Both the position numbers and the translations under genes were made by a program. A stretch of 37,013 nucleotides of DNA, from positions 84,221,560-84,258,572 of the forward strand of contig NC_068984.1 in NCBI RefSeq assembly GCF_001194135.2, given 5' to 3'. The DNA is from Octopus bimaculoides (Eukaryota). A model generated the notes under the pieces. That model was given only the letters and a program-made list of their open reading frames with translations. It was not told the DNA's origin and searched no databases. Every line of letters starts with the position of its first letter. Position 1 is the stretch's first letter. Below are positions 11,173 through 22,118 of this stretch, in pieces.

Positions 11173-12211
11173 ATATTACTTCATATATTTATTCCATAAC
11201 ATATTCTTTGATATTAATTACTTTGTATAAACATAGTATCTGTGTTTTTTCCCCTTTATTTGGTTTAATCAGAGAAGGAACAGCAGTACCCTTGAACCCT
11301 TTCCAGGGACTTTGAGACTGGCTAAAAGAAAGGGAACAGTTATCTTCAAATTTGAGATCTCACCTGAATGTTTGCAACAGATTGGACTCTTCTAAAGTCA
11401 CCTAAGCTCTAAGTTTAACCAGGCAGCAGATGTTTACCATCCAAGAACCGGTATGATCCCTTCAATGGATTTTCACACAATTTTCGTCTGCCAAATTTTG
11501 GTCACCCAAGAGACAGTAATGGAAAATGCCTGTCTGAGTTACCTCACAATGGAATTAAACCCCAAGCCAACTAGTTGCAAAGCAGACTTATCAACATAAC
11601 TCTGCTGTCATAGGTTAATGTGTACTGAATAAATATAATGGGATCAATCAACAGCAATTACAAGCATGTACAACATAAGCATCCATACATATAAATACAC
11701 ACATCTGCATAAACACTCAACAATAACAATTGCTTGTATATATGACTATACATAGATTAATATTTTATTGACATTAAATAATAAATACTTATAAGTATAT
11801 GCACATTAGTCATAAATAAACAGCATGTATCCAAACACACACACACATACCATACATACACATCACACACATATATACATGCATGTAGGAATGCATATTT
11901 TTTGGCATATGCTTGTGTGTGTCTGTTGTATGTGTGCATATATTGTGACCTACTCAAAGTAAACTATGATATTGACACTATGCAAAAATCTGTCTCATTA
12001 GGCACTGTTCATATCTTGTGAAAGGACAAGTTAAAAAAATTATAAAGCACAACAAATTACATGGAAACAAATATAGAAAACATTATGATAAAACACACAA
12101 TAATTAAAACAAGATATTTATACAAAAAATTAAACCTCCACTTACATTGATGACCATACATTAGCTATACAGTTAGTATGTTAAGTATTTCCAGATCATT
12201 ATTCTCTACAT

Positions 12212-12467
12212 CAGTTTTTCCCAACCATTTTTTTGCCTATAGACCAATTTGATTCCTATCTTACTCTACTGGACCCCCATAGCCATTCGATGTATATAAA
12301 AAAATCCTACCGTATTTTCATTATTAAATGTTATTTGGAATTACATTAAAAAAAAAAATTGCGTATTGTAGAAGTATAAGTAATTTATTGCTTATAAATT
12401 TTAACAACAAATCTCATGTAGACCCCCCCCCCCCCAGTGCCATATGGACCTTGGTTAAGAACCATTG
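12212..12467. mobile_element. hAT (Charlie-like) MITE
   Basis: Decayed TIRs cagtttttcccaacc / ggttaagaaccattg; 8-bp flanks ctctacat / ctcaagct; second copy at 35197. Confidence 0.75.
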
Positions 12468-12489
12468 CTCAAGCTCAAATGGTAATGGC

Positions 12490-13020
12490 ACCTAGGAGTT
12501 AGGTTTCTACATGCATTCTCCATTGCACTAATATCACTATTCTGGTTTCCACTACCTTCACCTATCCCACTTAATGCATCCTCCTCTGTGCTCTCAATTT
12601 CACTAGCAATAATTTCGGCGATCTGACAACCAGTTGACAACCAGCGTACTACTATCGAATGATTGCCATAATTTCTTCTAAAAACTCATCAAAATCATAA
12701 AAATCTAGCAGTCTTCTCTCAACATTGCCCTTTATTTCTTCAATGTTTATGATGGTAAACAAGTTCTTTTTCCATATAACACAGATTTGGTGCATAAGTT
12801 GGGTTGCCCTGATCTCAAACATTACCTTTTCAATCCAAATTTGATGAGCCTTTTTTTTTTCGCTTTCTTGATGCCATATTTACAACACATTTCAGTTTCA
12901 TAGAAGCATTCAAGAGCAACTCTGTTATTGGCTTTTGATCAGCATTTTCGATTTGCTCCTTCCTACTTCAATGATTTTTGTCCTGTAATCTAGAGTTGTT
13001 TTTGTGTTCTTAGGATCAGT
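12490..13020 (-). mobile_element. N-terminal ORF fragment of an R4/Dong-like LINE
   Basis: Reverse strand reads NNRVALECFYE...HQIWIEKVMFEIRATQLMHQICVIWKKNLFTIINIEEIK, resembling the conserved N-terminal motif of this clade; 13020-13345 may be its 5' UTR. Confidence 0.5.
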
Positions 13021-13408
13021 CACAAGATAAAAACCAGTGGGGAACCTGGTTTTCTACTCTCACTCCAAATCTGCCATACCTGGGTTCTCTAGTTGCACCC
13101 CTCCATTCCAGGATTCCCTTCCACTATCCCGTAGATTTGGCAGTTTCTTGTTTCATTATCTCTTTCTATTATTAGCAGAATGAGTTGGTTGGTATAGGGT
13201 TATTCTTTTTCCTAGTATGTTTATCATAATTTGCACCTGCTCAGTGAGACAGGACACCAGTACTGGCTAGATCACAACCAAGGCATGCAAAACTTCATTG
13301 GCCTGGATAGGTTTACTGCACACTTGGATACCAGCCCAACTATATTTGTGTCCCCAAACTAATTTCATTATTGCTGTTCTTGTGTTATTTTTAACGTTTT
13401 TATTCAGA

Positions 13409-13835
13409 GATGAATTGACAGAATCAGTACTGTGCCAGATAAAATGCTGCGCATCCCTTTTTGCTCTAAGTTGGAATGCTGCCAAACTTGATTTTGCCTT
13501 TCATCTTTCGAGGGTTGATAGATTTATTATTGTCAGTGGCACATCATTTATCAATCATGAGGGCCACTAAGTCAGCCACACACACGCACGCACGCACGCA
13601 CTACCGTCTTGTGCCTGTATTAGAAATCACTGTGAATATGCCACATTAGCTGAACAAAAAAATGCCTTGCTAAATCTAGTTAGTCTTTTCTTTAGAGTTA
13701 AAATCTTGCTGGTGTTGAATTTACCTTTTATCCTTCCATGGTTGATAAAATAAAGTACCACTCAAGTATTAGAGTTCGTATAAATCAGCTACACCTCTCC
13801 CCAGGCTTCTTGTTTTGTGCCTCTTTCAGAAAATA
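13409..13835 (+). mobile_element. Two degenerate SINE family A copies (13409-13527, 13630-13835)
   Basis: Decayed central blocks ttgccttcatctttcgagggttgata and ttatccttccatggttgataaaataaagtacc. Confidence 0.55.
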
Positions 13836-13891
13836 TTGTAATTTTATTATGTGTGTATAATAAATACAATAAAATCTGCAAGACAGATTCT

Positions 13892-14100
13892 TCAAGCTGA
13901 GCTGACCAGCAGGAGACCTAGAGATAAACCAAGAATGTGATGGTTGGATGCTATCCATAGTCTTAGTTCATCACACATTGAAGTCCAGTTGGAAAGTGTG
14001 ATGACAGTTGTTTCTGAGAGGACCCTATGGAGAAAGTACCAGAGGACTCTACCCCAATGGCCTGCCCAGAAATGGTGGGTAGTGAAGATGGATAGATGTA
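13892..14100 (+). mobile_element. 3' end of an RTE-like LINE ORF
   Basis: RRPRDKPRM*WLDAI...VSERTLWRKYQRTLP matches the G-RPRG-PR-RW-D ... DR--WR C-terminal pattern. Confidence 0.55.
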
Positions 14101-14142
14101 TTATAAATATAGCATCTGCAAATAATTGACAAATGTGTTCGA

Positions 14143-14470
14143 TTATCATCATCATCGTTTAACATCTGTTTTCCATGCTGGCATGGGTTGGACAGTCTGA
14201 CATGGAGCTGGCCAGCCAGGGAACTATCCAAACTCTAATTGTCTGTTGTGGCATGGTTTCTATGGCTGAATATTATTCCTAACACTGACCTCTTTACAGA
14301 GTGGACTGGATGCTTTTTACATGCCAATGGCACAGGTGTGTTTATGCAGCACCGACATGAGCGCATTTTATGTGACACTGGCATCTGCGAAGGACAAGCC
14401 TGTATGTATGAATGACAGCAATTCACTTAGCTTGCCATACCTTCTCAAATACAAGAAATTGCCACAACTC
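14143..14470 (-). mobile_element. RTE 3' terminal fragment
   Basis: catcatcatcgtttaacatctgttttccatgctggcatgggttggac is the reverse complement of the terminal block. Confidence 0.75.
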
Positions 14471-14572
14471 CCGGTCCCTTGGTGAGAATAAAAAAATACA
14501 AAAGATTAAGCTAACTGTTCACTTAATCCCTGCCACTTATATATGAATGAAAGTTCTGTTTGTGTGTGTGTT

Positions 14573-14617
<45 letters not shown>

Positions 14618-15046
14618 GTGCATGCATGTGTGCATACATAGTAACTTTGACTACATTGTTTTTTTACCAGAGCTATTCTAATGTAAGAAGGGGATTCTCA
14701 AACTGTAATGATATCAGTAATATTAAACTGGTACAATGGATCAATTAGATTCCCTAAACAACAATTTATTTTGATTTGGTGCTATATCTCAAAGAAGTAG
14801 GAAGGGGAGATCACACGAAAGAAAAAAAACAATTGAAACTGTCTCCAAATATTAATGATATTTATTTGATCGAACCCTGAAGGGATGACAAAGTCTGTCC
14901 CAATTTGATCTGAAATCTAGGTCTCTACTGTTTTCTTATCAACTCTGCATCCTTAAATATAGTAGAGAAATGACATTGCTGAACAGTTACTTACACTAGA
15001 TTTGGAAGGGTTAACCAGATTTAAAAACAAACCATAGCAAGGATAA

Positions 15047-15060
15047 GTTGCCATAGCAAC
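15047..15060. promoter_or_regulatory. RFX X-box motif GTTGCCATAGCAAC
   Basis: Exact fit to the GTNRCC-AT-RGYAAC consensus; function untested. Confidence 0.45.
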
Positions 15061-15411
15061 AGACTGCTAGTTATGTTACCTCTATGTGGAGTGTAAATAT
15101 AATGGAATGTTACAGCTACAAAAATAGTACTGCCTACGTATTATCATAACAAAACATGATACAAAGTGAACATTTGTTTTAAATGTCTGCATACTTGGAA
15201 GAATGGTAACATTCTGTTTCATTATTTGTTGCATTAACTTATGTTGTATGGTTGTTTAATTGACTCTTTTCATTCTCTGGTAATCGTATCCAGTCTCTCC
15301 AAGAGCTGAATAAACTGATAATGTTCATCAACTGAGCATTAGATTCAGTTGACCAAGTAAGCTGCTAGCATTTACTAAATAAAATCTAGTGTTGACCAAA
15401 TGAAGTGTAGT

Positions 15412-15760
15412 GACACAGTAGCAGCTACACCTTTCCATAACTGATGATTCCAGCAATAACACAAAAAACAACCAGACTATCCATTAACCATTAAATTCAG
15501 AAGTAACACAGTAGCAGTTACATCATGTGGTTATTAAGTACCTCCAAGGCACAAAAGCAGTCATACAATCCAGTAGTCACTAGTTCTAGCAGTAGCACAA
15601 AAATAGTCACAGCACCTAAGGTTTACTAACTATTTCCACTATGACACAGTAGCATTTACACAATCCATTGGTGATTGATTATGGTAGAAACACAGAAATA
15701 ACCACACCATTCAGTTGACACTAACTACAGCCATGACACAGAAGCAATTATGCAATCCAA
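15412..15760 (+). repeat. Decayed minisatellite, period about 46 bp, 8 units
   Basis: cacag/cacaa anchors at 15412, 15458, 15505, 15548, 15594, 15643, 15689, 15735. Confidence 0.7.
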
Positions 15761-16433
15761 ATGTAAGTGGCTGTGTATTTCACTAGCATATAAGTTGTTA
15801 GTTTAATTCTTCTAAAGAATTAAGATGACATAATCTGTGACAAGGTTGAAGCTCTGAATTGCAGATGCAATCTATTCAATGAGCCTCTACTCAGTTTCCA
15901 TCTACTCAATTTTACTTAAGAAGCTTCAGTCAACCCCAAAATGTAAGAAATGCATAGAGTGGGCTTGTATGTGGGACCTCGTGACCTGCAAAACTCCTTA
16001 CCTTAGAAGAGCCTGGATTTCATGGAAACCATTGGGTGACAACACTGTTACAACAACAACACCATATAACTATTATATAAGAAACAGACCTTAAATCACC
16101 TCCACCTACACTCTCACCCCCACATCCCAATCACTGAATGGAATTCATTAATGGAAAGGATTAACTTTGTACTAAATCTGAATTTGGTTGCTGACTGTGT
16201 TGCTGTTGTTATTGTTGTTGTTATCCTGCTGTCTTCTGATTTATTGTGGGCTAATCTTGATATCTGGAGGTGGAGGGTATGGGTAGGAGAAGGGCTGGGT
16301 GAGGACAAGAGGATGCAGAAGGACATGATGTGTGCATATGAAAGATATAGAGAAAAGAAAGTGTTTGTATTTTTGATTGAATGAGAGGGAGAAAGAGAGA
16401 GAAATGAAAAGGGAGAGAAGAGAAAGAAAACTA

Positions 16434-16465
<32 letters not shown>

Positions 16466-16651
16466 AGTTGGGGAATAGCCAAGGGTGGATGGAATAGTGA
16501 TTAAGAGTGATAAAACATTATAAAAATTTTGCCAGTTCAAATTTAGCTCGTAGAATTTGTATCAAACATGTGACATTTAGTGAATGGTTTGCTTGAAATG
16601 TAGTTGAAAGAAAGCATAGGAACTTGAATAGGGAGGTTTATATTCTTTACT

Positions 16652-16704
<53 letters not shown>

Positions 16705-17498
16705 GTGTGTGTGTGCATGTGTATGTAAATACATATTTATAAATCAACAGATGTAGGGAATGAAGAAGGTAAATCTGTACTACATATGTTTCCAAGTCAA
16801 TCTGAACATGTATTTTATGTAACTCAAAGATATATCTTATATATTCAGCCTATGTTTTCTATAGGGACATTTACCTGTGGGTTGCAAGTTATTGTTCATT
16901 TCCTATACCTATCAATTTATAATTGCATTATTAGCAATCTTTGTTGTCAAACAATGAGTTGTATAATTGCAGTCATCTTATTGAAAACTCAATCAGATTC
17001 AATATAGGAGGAAGTGTATAACATACAGCAATTAATAAAGTTTGCTGATCATCATCTGCTTTACATCATCTGTACAGGCTGTATACATGCTTCATGGATT
17101 GCTAACCACAAGATAATGAGTTCAAAACTTTGTATTGGACTTCCGCTTTATATGATAACACTATATGTATATCTCAGTCTACTTGACTCTCAACGATTGA
17201 CAATTGTAATTGAAGTTGAACGGTTAGCAGTAAGAAAGATGTCCAGATTTCTTAAAAAACTATTGTGCAAAATATTCTGAGAAAAAGCATTTTTTTCACC
17301 ACAACAAAACACACACACACACACACACACGCACGCACACGCACACACGCACACACACACACAGGTGTGTTAGTAGTAACTTGAGCTACTACAAATAGCA
17401 GCCAAATCTCTCTTAAAACTCACCCTTTCATTTAAAAGAAAGTGGTGTCATTTGTTCCCAATCTTTTGTGAAAACATGTCTAGTCTTAAGGAAATATT

Positions 17499-17706
17499 AA
17501 GTTCAAATTTTGGCACAAGGCCAGCAATTTTGGAGGTGGGGGTCAGGTTGATTACAACGACCCCAGTGCTTGACTGGTACTTATTTTATTGACCGTGAAA
17601 GGATGAAAGGCAAAGTCAACCTTAATAGAATTTGTATTCAGAATGTAAAGACAGATGAAATGCCATTTTTGTCTTGCATGCTGATGATTCTTCCAGCCTG
17701 CCACCT
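17499..17706 (-). mobile_element. SINE family A
   Basis: ctggtacttattttattgaccgtgaaaggatgaaaggcaaagtc; degraded 19-bp TSD. Confidence 0.85.
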
Positions 17707-18356
17707 TAGTCAAAGGAAAATATTACTTTACTTAGAAGCAAATGAAGGCTGGCAACTGACGGTCAAAATCTGTCTCAATGAATTCCATCTGAGCCATGCA
17801 TGTATGGAAAAGTGGATGCTAAAATAATGATGATTAAGGTCTCATCTGCCAAAGACTTTATTTTATACTGGTTTTAATCACACAATAAAGTTAATTTCAT
17901 TAGTAGGTTGATAATAATAAATTTCAATCTGTAGTGGGATAAAAGTAAATAATCTTTCTCAAGAAGATTAAAGTGATTGACCAGTGACTATTTTATAATA
18001 CTTAGTATAAACCTCATTGCAAAGTTAATACCATAATTGGTAAGCCTTTCAATAGAAATTAAAAGTGTTTCCTTTTTCTTGAATACTGTCACTCATTAAT
18101 ACTTTTATTACGAAATATTTTTTTTCCTTCACTTAGTCTTATAAATATAAACTGCTTCATTTTGTAATCATGCTTTAAAATTTTATGTTTATGAGGAGTA
18201 ATATCAATTATTATTTTGTCATTGTGTGAAATTAAGAAATTATAAAGAAAAAGACTCACAGAATTGCCCTACTTAATTTTTTTGTTCACATATTACAAAA
18301 CTCTTAAAATTTCTAGATGGTGGTAATCATATATAGTACTGTTTCATTCTTTTTAG

Positions 18357-18408
18357 AAGTTGTTGGCATGATACAACTTGTGGCTTATTAATTAAGCATT
18401 TTATTGAA
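18357..18408 (+). CDS. Candidate exon D (SCWHDTTCGLLIKHFIE)
   Basis: Acceptor gtttcattctttttag|, donor |gtgagc; 52 nt, phase 2-0, followed by an 82-nt intron and an in-phase exon. Confidence 0.7.
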
Positions 18409-18490
18409 GTGAGCCATTCATTAAAGATGGAAATAATTACAGGTCTGGAGATATCTATGAAATGCATGTTTTCTTTATTTTTCTTCATAG

Positions 18491-18551
18491 AATGTTAGAA
18501 GTTTAGGAATTAAGAGAAATGAGCGAAAGTTCTTAGATTTTTACATACATG
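18491..18551 (+). CDS. Candidate exon E (NVRSLGIKRNERKFLDFYIH)
   Basis: Acceptor ttttctttatttttcttcatag|, donor |gtaaca; 61 nt, phase 0-1. Confidence 0.7.
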
Positions 18552-18826
18552 GTAACAACTATTTCCAGGGACTTCTACCTTGTGAAAATATCTCATTGTC
18601 AATAATTTCAGTTTTAGCTACAAACAGCTTCACAAGCCATTTTCTGATTTATTCTTTGGGCTGTAGACCTTTGTTTTAGGGTGGCTGTGAAGATGAAATG
18701 AAATGGTCCCACTTACATGAATGCCTACATTAATAATTGGTTTGATTTTTCAACAACAACACCTTTATAGAACTTAAAGTTTTTGTTAGTCATATCAGTA
18801 GGAGATATCCTGTAATATCAGTAAAT

Positions 18827-19061
18827 GTAAGCAAGTTCCATCCTGAGTCATATGGACTCATAAGGCTGGTTTCCTGGTTTCCATGGCACCTGGCTTAGCG
18901 GTTAGGGTCTTGGACTCATGATCATAAGATTATGGTTTCGATTCCTGAACTGGGTGATGTGTTGTGTTCTTGAGTAAAACACTTCATTTTATGTTGCTCC
19001 AGTCCACTTAGCAAGCATAAGTGAATAATCCTGCAATGGACTGGTGTCCCATCCAGGTGGG
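18827..19061. mobile_element. tRNA-derived SINE with V-domain-like body, internally inverted
   Basis: + strand head and body at 18885-19061 (tggcttagcgg, ggtttcgattcc, gcaatggactggtgtcccatccagg); 18827-18886 reads as its 3' end on the minus strand; 13-bp TSD. Confidence 0.65.
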
Positions 19062-19077
19062 AAATATCAGTAAATAT

Positions 19078-19290
19078 CGATTTCAAATTTTAGCACAGGG
19101 CCAGTAATTTCTTTGGAGGATTAAGGCAATTACATCATCCCCAATGCTTGACTGGTACTTATTTTATTGACTCCGAAGGGATGAAAGACATAGTTACTTC
19201 AGCAGAATTTGAACTCAGAATGTAAATATGGACAAAATGTCACAAAGCACTTTATCTGGCATGTTAACGATTCTGCTAGCTTGCTGCCTT
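19078..19290 (-). mobile_element. SINE family A
   Basis: ctggtacttattttattgactccgaagggatgaaag, tttgaactcagaatgtaa; 16-bp TSD. Confidence 0.85.
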
Positions 19291-19949
19291 AAAATATCAG
19301 TAAGTATTAATGGATGAACGTATTGAATAATGAAAGTATTATCACTCTTTATTCATTTTTAAATATTTTTGTCAACATCCATGTAACCAAAAATGTTTTA
19401 CTTTGGTTCAATGATTAGCATAATTATACGTTAACAATTATCTATATTTAAATCTGTATAAATGAATCATTCCTCAGATTATTTCTTATAGTATTCAGTT
19501 GAAGCTAGTTTTATTTATTTATTTTTTATTTATGTACACCAGTCCTTCATTAAGCTAAAGGTTTTTATGTAAACATTGATATTGTGATTAGCACTATGAA
19601 ATATGTAAAATGAAAGTGTTAACATTACTCATGTATCTGAAATAGGGAGGTCATGTGTCATTTAAAAGGGAATAGTTACTAATATGTCTATCTGAATAAA
19701 CTTACTCAAACAATAGAAAGAAAACTTCATGAATGAGTGAACTTTAAAAACAAATCATCCAGGTGAAACAAAAAGGGATGTAACCTGTGTTTAGGACTTT
19801 AAAAAATATATTTAAAAAATGATTCATTGTTAATGAGTTGATTGTAAAACAAAGAAATCAGTTAGAGAAAGTTGCATCAAACAAAATTTGAAAATTAATC
19901 ACCAGATATGGACCATCACTTACTATTGGTGAAGATCTTGTCTTTCTAG

Positions 19950-19986
19950 TCACAAATGAAGTTATAAATATTCTGGATGATCCCTG
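19950..19986 (+). CDS. Candidate exon F (VTNEVINILDDP + TG)
   Basis: Acceptor cttgtctttctag|, donor |gtaaaa; 37 nt, phase 1-2, continuing the frame of exon E. Confidence 0.65.
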
Positions 19987-20646
19987 GTAAAAATAATATT
20001 ACATCACTAATTCCTGTCAGCAATAGTTTCGTATTATCAAGAACTAAAGAAATGATATATAACATTGGAAATAACAAAAAAAAAAAAACAACAAAACAGT
20101 TTATAGGTTTTACAAACCATAGAATTTGCATTATAACTCAATGAGACAACATCTCGTGATAATGGATTTTTGCTATTGGCGCTAATGTGTGTTATGCAAA
20201 TACTAATCAAGATGTTATAGAAGAGTTCTTATTTGCCAAGCAATTGTAAACTGACAGAAAGATTCTATAAAATTTATAGAGTAACTGAACACTTTTAATA
20301 ATAAGAATATTCCTCTCACAAATATTATTGCATGTACAACTGATGGAGCACTTATCATGACTGGTCACCATCATGGATTTATAGCACACTTAAAACAAGA
20401 ACTTTCAGATATCTTTGTGTTTCTCTGTGTTATTTATCAGCAACACTTATCTATAAGACATTTAAGAAGTATATAAAACTTAACACAATGTTATTAAAAC
20501 AGTGAATAAATGGAACCTATCCATAACCAAACCTGTAGTTTTGAGAAATTTTGCTATGAAACTGAACAAGAATTTGAGTGTCATTTACTACAATACTAAA
20601 TAGTATCATGAAGTTCATAAAAGCAATATTTTTGTTTTCTCTACAG

Positions 20647-20664
20647 TATCTGTTTTGGTAACTT
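20647..20664 (+). CDS. Candidate 18-nt microexon G (C-ICFGN-L)
   Basis: Strong acceptor tttttgttttctctacag| and consensus donor |gtaagt, 18 nt apart, phase 2-2; supplies the T that makes TG|T Cys. Confidence 0.6.
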
Positions 20665-21354
20665 GTAAGTTATGTTATTAGAAAATATGTAATGAGCTAG
20701 AAATCCAAAGGAATGGTCTTATTTATCTTTCTGAAATCTTTAAATTATTAAATGAGATGAACATCAAATTGAGAGGAAACCATATGAACCCAATTAAAGC
20801 AAAAGGAATTAAAACTTCTTTTATCTGCAAAACTGCATTTCACAAAAATGAAGAATCATTAACACTGGATAAGATACTTTGCAGTATTTAGTTATAACCC
20901 CTTTATATATTTGTAAATATCCATTTAAAAAAGACTAGAAGAATCACAATTTCAATCCAAGTTCTCAATAACATAAAGTAGAGTGGATATATTTATTCAT
21001 TTAGATGATGGTACAAACAAAACTGGTCTTGTTTCAGTCATTTTAGAATTCATCTGAGTGCAAATAAAATGAAAGACATTAGGATTTGTATATGCGAGTA
21101 TATGTGTGTGTGGGGTGGGGATAAAGTGTATGGAGATATCTTAGATATCTCACTTGGGATATCTTAGAAACAACTGTATGACATCGAACAAATAAATAGT
21201 TAATTAATTAATTAACCAATTACTTTAAATTCACCTTACTCCAATTAAGTACTCTAAATGACTTGAGATACTTGTCCTGCCTTGATTTTGTTGTCCTTTT
21301 CCCTCTAAAATATATATATATTAAATGTAAAGTAACCAATAGTTTTGCATCCAG

Positions 21355-21544
21355 AAAACGCTTAGCTCCATGGGCATCTTGTCAGACTCTAAAGCCAAAG
21401 ACAAATGTAATTCTTCACCACTGGGATGCACCTGATAGGGCTGGTATAGGACTCAAACACATCATGAGACAATTGAAACAGAAATACAAGCTTAATGCAA
21501 TTAACATAAGAGCCAAACTCTCTGATTTAATTGCCATGTGTTGA
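21355..21544 (+). CDS. Possible internal or alternative terminal exon (KRLAPWASCQTLKPKTNVILHHWDAPDRAGIGLKHIMRQLKQKYKL...)
   Basis: Acceptor ttttgcatccag|, 62 open codons in phase 2, compatible with exon G; no strong donor, ends in TGA. Confidence 0.3.
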
Positions 21545-21562
21545 GTGCATCCAATTACATGT

Positions 21563-21571
21563 GTGTAATTT

Positions 21572-21654
<83 letters not shown>
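21563..21654. repeat. (TG)n(TA)n microsatellite; similar tracts at 338-380, 8066-8097, 14559-14625, 16434-16466, 16654-16720, 17307-17363, 30349-30395, 34320-34490, 34694-34745
   Basis: Read directly. Confidence 0.95.
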
Positions 21655-21884
21655 NNNNNNNNNNNNNNNNNNNNNNNNNNNNNNNNNNNNNNNNNNNNNN
21701 NNNNNNNNNNNNNNNNNNNNNNNNNNNNNNNNNNNNNNNNNNNNNNNNNNNNNNNNNNNNNNNNNNNNNNNNNNNNNNNNNNNNNNNNNNNNNNNNNNNN
21801 NNNNNNNNNNNNNNNNNNNNNNNNNNNNNNNNNNNNNNNNNNNNNNNNNNNNNNNNNNNNNNNNNNNNNNNNNNNNNNNNNNNN

Positions 21885-22118
21885 ACTCTTCCACCACAAC
21901 TTTCTCTCACTCTTATTTCCTGTTTCTGTTGTGCCTGTAATTCAAAGGGTCAGCCTTGTCACACTCTGTCACGCTGAATATCCCCGAGAACTACGTTAAG
22001 GGTACACGTGTCTGTGGAGTGCTCAGCCACTTGCATGTTAATTTCACGAGCAGGCTGTTCCGTTGATCGGATCAACTGGAACCCTCGACGTCGTAAGTGA
22101 TGGAGTGCCAACAGCAAC
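21885..22118 (+). mobile_element. SINE-like 3' fragment with (CAA) tail
   Basis: GC-richer, CpG-containing block ending gccaacagcaac; abuts an N gap. Confidence 0.55.

Noticed and set aside
17014-17280. 88-aa ORF with an internal acceptor near 17178
   Set aside because: No homology recognised and several equally weak donors; not distinguishable from chance.
18885-18950. tRNA-like sequence with A and B boxes
   Set aside because: It continues into a SINE body and does not form a full cloverleaf; it is a SINE head, not a tRNA gene.
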